This document shows positions 58,690-64,000 of a stretch of 64,000 nt of DNA, piece after piece (within the stretch, counting starts at the first letter, position 1; each line of letters opens with the position of its first letter). The notes beneath the pieces are model-generated. The model worked only from the letters and a program-made list of their open reading frames with translations. It had not been told where the DNA came from and did not search any database. Source of the stretch: Longimicrobiales bacterium (GTDB taxonomy: Bacteria > Gemmatimonadota > Gemmatimonadetes > Longimicrobiales > Gaopeijiaceae); assembly GCA_965116905.1 (NCBI GenBank), contig OZ220732.1, positions 192,001 through 256,000 of the forward strand, given 5' to 3'. The position numbers and the translations under genes are program-made.

Positions 58690-61647
58690 CTAGAACACGA
58701 CCTCGACACCGAACCTGAAGGTCCGGTTCGGGGACAGGGTGATGCTGCTCTCGCCTCCCAGCCGCAATCCACCGCCACTCAGGCCGTTCAGCTCTCCGTC
58801 GATCATCTGGTTCCTGGACCAGATCCAGAGATTGCGGCCGTTGGCGTAGACCGTGGCGCGTCCGGCCCCCACGGCATCAGCCCAGTCCTCCGGCAGAAGG
58901 TACCGCAGCGAGACCTCCCGGAGCTTGAAGTAGTCGCCGTCGTAGAGGAAGCCGCTCCGTGCCGCGCTCTGGCTGTACTTCCCGCGTACCGTGCCGTCGG
59001 CGCGGTACTGCGTCGGGAACGCGTAGGCGCATCCCTCCGCGGCCCCCTCTTCCATGCCGCAACGGACCAGCTCACGACGATAGATGCCGTTGAAGGTCGC
59101 CCACACCGACCCGTAGTCGAACACGTCGTGACCCCCGGCCCAGTCCGCCAGGGCCGTGATGGTGAGGTCGTTGCCGATGGAAACCGTGGTGTTGGCGCTG
59201 CCACTCTTGTCGGGCACCGGGAAGCTCCCGGTAAACGCGCGCTCGGAGCCGTCGGTAAGCCCGTCGCCGTTCGTGTCCACCGGCATCGTCAGATACCAGG
59301 CCCCCACGGGCCCGCCCCGGCAGGTACTTTCATCGTTGGGATCGCTCTGCGTCCAGCAGCCGGTGACGCGCTTCTGGCCACCCTCGGCGCTGAACTCCGG
59401 AACCCCGCCCATATCCGTCACTTCGTTGTGGTTGTAGTTGAAGGTCCCGCCGATGCTCCAGGCCAGGGACTGGGTGTTGAGCAGCTGCAGGTTCAGCGCT
59501 ACCTCCACGCCCCGGTTCAGGATCTCGCCCACGTTCTCCTGCTGGGTGCCCTGACCGGTCACGGGCTGGCGCGGAACGGAGAAGAGCGCGTCGGTCGTGC
59601 GGGCCTCGTAAGCGGTCAAGTCCAGGCCGATACGATTGTCCCACAGCGCCGCGTCGATTCCTGCCTCGATCGTGGAGGTCTTCTCGGGGCGCAGGTCTTC
59701 GTTGCCGGGGTTGGCGAACCGGGGTGCCGATTCGCCCCGGAAGGAGGTGGCCGAGAAGGTCCGGTCCTTCAGGAAGGCTCCGGGGAACTTGCCGGTCTGC
59801 CCGTAGGCGGCGCGAACCTTGAGTTCGTCCACGAGAGGCAGCCCGACGTCCTCCGACAGGATGTATGACCCGGTGGCCTTCGGGTAAAGCTCGGTGTCGA
59901 TGTTGTCGCCGAAGCTGGAACCCGCGTCGATCCGGAAGCCTCCGCCCACGTACAGCTTGTCCCAGAGGCTCACCCGCTCGTCGACGTAGAACCCGCCGTT
60001 GAAGACCTCGACGTTCCCTTCACCCGCGGTGATGACCGCGGCGGCGTCGAAGTCGAAGGTGCCGGGCAGCGCGAAGGAACGTCCCATGCCCCAAATCACG
60101 CTTTCTTCCTCGCGGAACCCCTGCACACCCACCGTCGTCGAAGATCCGACAGTCCCGCCGATGCTTTCCCAGCCATAGGTCAGGCCGCCGTCCAGGGACA
60201 CCGACGTGAAGGAGCGGTCCCAGCGGCGGAGTTCACCGGTGGGTTCACCCGGGGTGAAGCCGATGGGCTCGTAGGTGCGCTGCTGGTTGTTCCGGTTGTC
60301 CGTGCCCAGCGTCATCCTGAAGGACAGGTCGTCCATGATGTTCCAGCGGGCACCGGCCGAGAAGATGAACCGGTTGACCGCTTCGTCGATCTGGGGCAGC
60401 AGGAAGATGTCCAGCGCTTCGTGCAGCGTCGAAGCGCCCGAAAAGAAGAGCGCGTCGCCGACCTCGAAGGTGGTGAGCGGATCGGCGATGGCGGACCCGT
60501 TGTAGAGCCGCTCGAAGTTGTGCCGGACGTAGTTGCCCGAGAACTCCAGGGTGAAGTCCTCGGACAGCGATGCCTGCAGGCCGCCGCGGATGTTGTAGTT
60601 GGTGCTGGCGTCCCTGGGCTGCGTGCCGGTGAGGTCCTCCAGACGGCCGCTGACGCTGTACGTAACGTCCGCGGTCCCCCCGGAAACACCCACGTAGTAG
60701 TTCTGGGTCTGGCCGTTCTTGAAGTAGAGATCCCGCATGAACCGCTCGGTGATCTCGCCGGACTCGACGCGCTCGGGGAAGATGAGGCCCATGTCGAAGA
60801 TGTACTTGAGCTCGGGCGTCTCGATTCCCCGTTCAATGCGCGCGGTGATCCTCGGCGCCCCCGGGGTTCCCTTCTTGGTGAAGATCTGGATCACGCCCGT
60901 GGCCGCGTCCGATCCGAAGAGCGTCGAGGCCGCCCCGCCCTTTGTGACCTCGATACGCTCGATGTCGCTGACGAGAATGTCCGCCAGCGCCGACGACTGC
61001 TCGCCGCCCGTGCCCGCCGCCGTCGACTGGTCGTTGTCGACGCGGACGCCATCGACGTAGATGACGGGGGTCTGGGCCCCGAACACCGATGAGACGCCGC
61101 GGAAGTTGATCAGGGACCCGGTTCCGGGCTGCGCCGACGTGGCGTTCACCGTGGCGCCCGCGACCCGGCCCTGAAGGAGCTGGTCGACCGACTGCACCGG
61201 CGCCAGTTCGAAGTCTTCCGCGGCGAGCACCTCGACCGAGGTGCCCAGCGCGCGCCGTGTCGTCTCGGCACCCACGCCCGTGACGACGATTTCGTTGAGC
61301 GAGATCGCGGTCGAGGCCATCTGGATGTCGGCGGTGGCCGTCTGGCCGGCCGTGACCGTGACGGTCTGCGTCGCTTCGTCGAATCCGATCAGGGTCGCCT
61401 GAACCGTATGCTCTCCGGCGGGCACGTTCAGAAGCACGTAGCGGCCGGACGAGTTCGTGAGCTGCCCGATCCCGGTGCCGGCGACCAGAATCTGGACGTT
61501 GGAGAGCGGACGCATCGAGGCCGCGTCCACGACCAGTCCCTGCACGACGCCCGTCTGCGCCAGCGCAGGAGACGCGGTGACGGCCGTCAGCGCCAGAAAC
61601 GCCAACAGGCCCCCTGCCGCACTGCTTGCAAGTCGACTGAGTTGCAT
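58690..61647 (-). CDS. SusC-like TonB-dependent transporter (copy A)
   Basis: Same motifs as copy B, with long identical stretches; purine-rich RBS (AAGGAAGGA) before ATG 61647. Confidence 0.92.
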   Translation of the reverse strand: MQLSRLASSAAGGLLAFLALTAVTASPALAQTGVVQGLVVDAASMRPLSNVQILVAGTGIGQLTNSSGRYVLLNVPAGEHTVQATLIGFDEATQTVTVTAGQTATADIQMASTAISLNEIVVTGVGAETTRRALGTSVEVLAAEDFELAPVQSVDQLLQGRVAGATVNATSAQPGTGSLINFRGVSSVFGAQTPVIYVDGVRVDNDQSTAAGTGGEQSSALADILVSDIERIEVTKGGAASTLFGSDAATGVIQIFTKKGTPGAPRITARIERGIETPELKYIFDMGLIFPERVESGEITERFMRDLYFKNGQTQNYYVGVSGGTADVTYSVSGRLEDLTGTQPRDASTNYNIRGGLQASLSEDFTLEFSGNYVRHNFERLYNGSAIADPLTTFEVGDALFFSGASTLHEALDIFLLPQIDEAVNRFIFSAGARWNIMDDLSFRMTLGTDNRNNQQRTYEPIGFTPGEPTGELRRWDRSFTSVSLDGGLTYGWESIGGTVGSSTTVGVQGFREEESVIWGMGRSFALPGTFDFDAAAVITAGEGNVEVFNGGFYVDERVSLWDKLYVGGGFRIDAGSSFGDNIDTELYPKATGSYILSEDVGLPLVDELKVRAAYGQTGKFPGAFLKDRTFSATSFRGESAPRFANPGNEDLRPEKTSTIEAGIDAALWDNRIGLDLTAYEARTTDALFSVPRQPVTGQGTQQENVGEILNRGVEVALNLQLLNTQSLAWSIGGTFNYNHNEVTDMGGVPEFSAEGGQKRVTGCWTQSDPNDESTCRGGPVGAWYLTMPVDTNGDGLTDGSERAFTGSFPVPDKSGSANTTVSIGNDLTITALADWAGGHDVFDYGSVWATFNGIYRRELVRCGMEEGAAEGCAYAFPTQYRADGTVRGKYSQSAARSGFLYDGDYFKLREVSLRYLLPEDWADAVGAGRATVYANGRNLWIWSRNQMIDGELNGLSGGGLRLGGESSITLSPNRTFRFGVEVVF

Positions 61648-61681
61648 GGTGTCCTTCCTTGTCTTTATGACTCGAGTTCGG

Positions 61682-61754
61682 TGGAAGCGCCAATCGTTTC
61701 GGCGCCTCCAAAAAGGTGGTGGAGCCTCCGCTCCAGATACGGTCAATGTCTGGA
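61682..61754 (-). promoter_or_regulatory. Structured intergenic region between gyrB and susC (overlapping hairpins)
   Basis: Stems at 61682-91/61701-10, 61706-10/61720-24, 61720-25/61730-35 and 61732-37/61749-54; no known riboswitch consensus recognised. Confidence 0.4.
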
Positions 61755-61818
61755 TTCGTTGCGCATCTCCTTTCTCCTTCTCTCGATCGGCGGCGTCAAG
61801 GCCGGGGAGACAACTTAC

Positions 61819-64000
<2,182 letters not shown>

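Noticed and set aside
53684..58693. 1669-aa plus-strand ORF (also 49806-52853, 61408-63861, 10979-13105, 2771-4792)
   Set aside because: Antisense shadows of well-supported genes; long stop-free reverse frames are expected at this GC content, and they show no recognisable motifs.

Overview
High-GC, gene-dense bacterial chromosomal segment. The gene content suggests Gemmatimonadota, probably a sponge-associated lineage (inference from a Sup-type PKS tail, an Ig/LRR lipoprotein, SusC/SusD pairs in a high-GC genome and GEGPGEF beta-propeller proteins). From left to right: the 3' end of a type I PKS with an alpha/beta hydrolase, ACP and permease; an LRR lipoprotein; a complete his operon (hisG-hisC::HAD-hisB-hisH-hisF-hisA::IE-hisD) preceded by a His-rich leader peptide and attenuator that the ORF track misses; two intact type II TA modules and one TA scar; a Na+:solute symporter; a split 5'-nucleotidase; a CoA transferase; several exported hydrolases; a SusC/SusD locus ending in two tandem S9-like peptidases that keep the Ser nucleophile but lack the canonical Asp/His; then a long minus-strand run dciA-gyrB / susC-susD-susC / DHS-like / addB-addA / beta-propeller. 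Short tandem duplications of 12-21 bp recur near gene ends. I saw no CRISPR array, rRNA, tRNA, transposase or integrase. The best candidates for novelty are the non-canonical S9 pair, the his attenuator with its fusions, and the SusC-SusD-SusC sandwich. All family calls come from motif recognition by eye; no searches were run.
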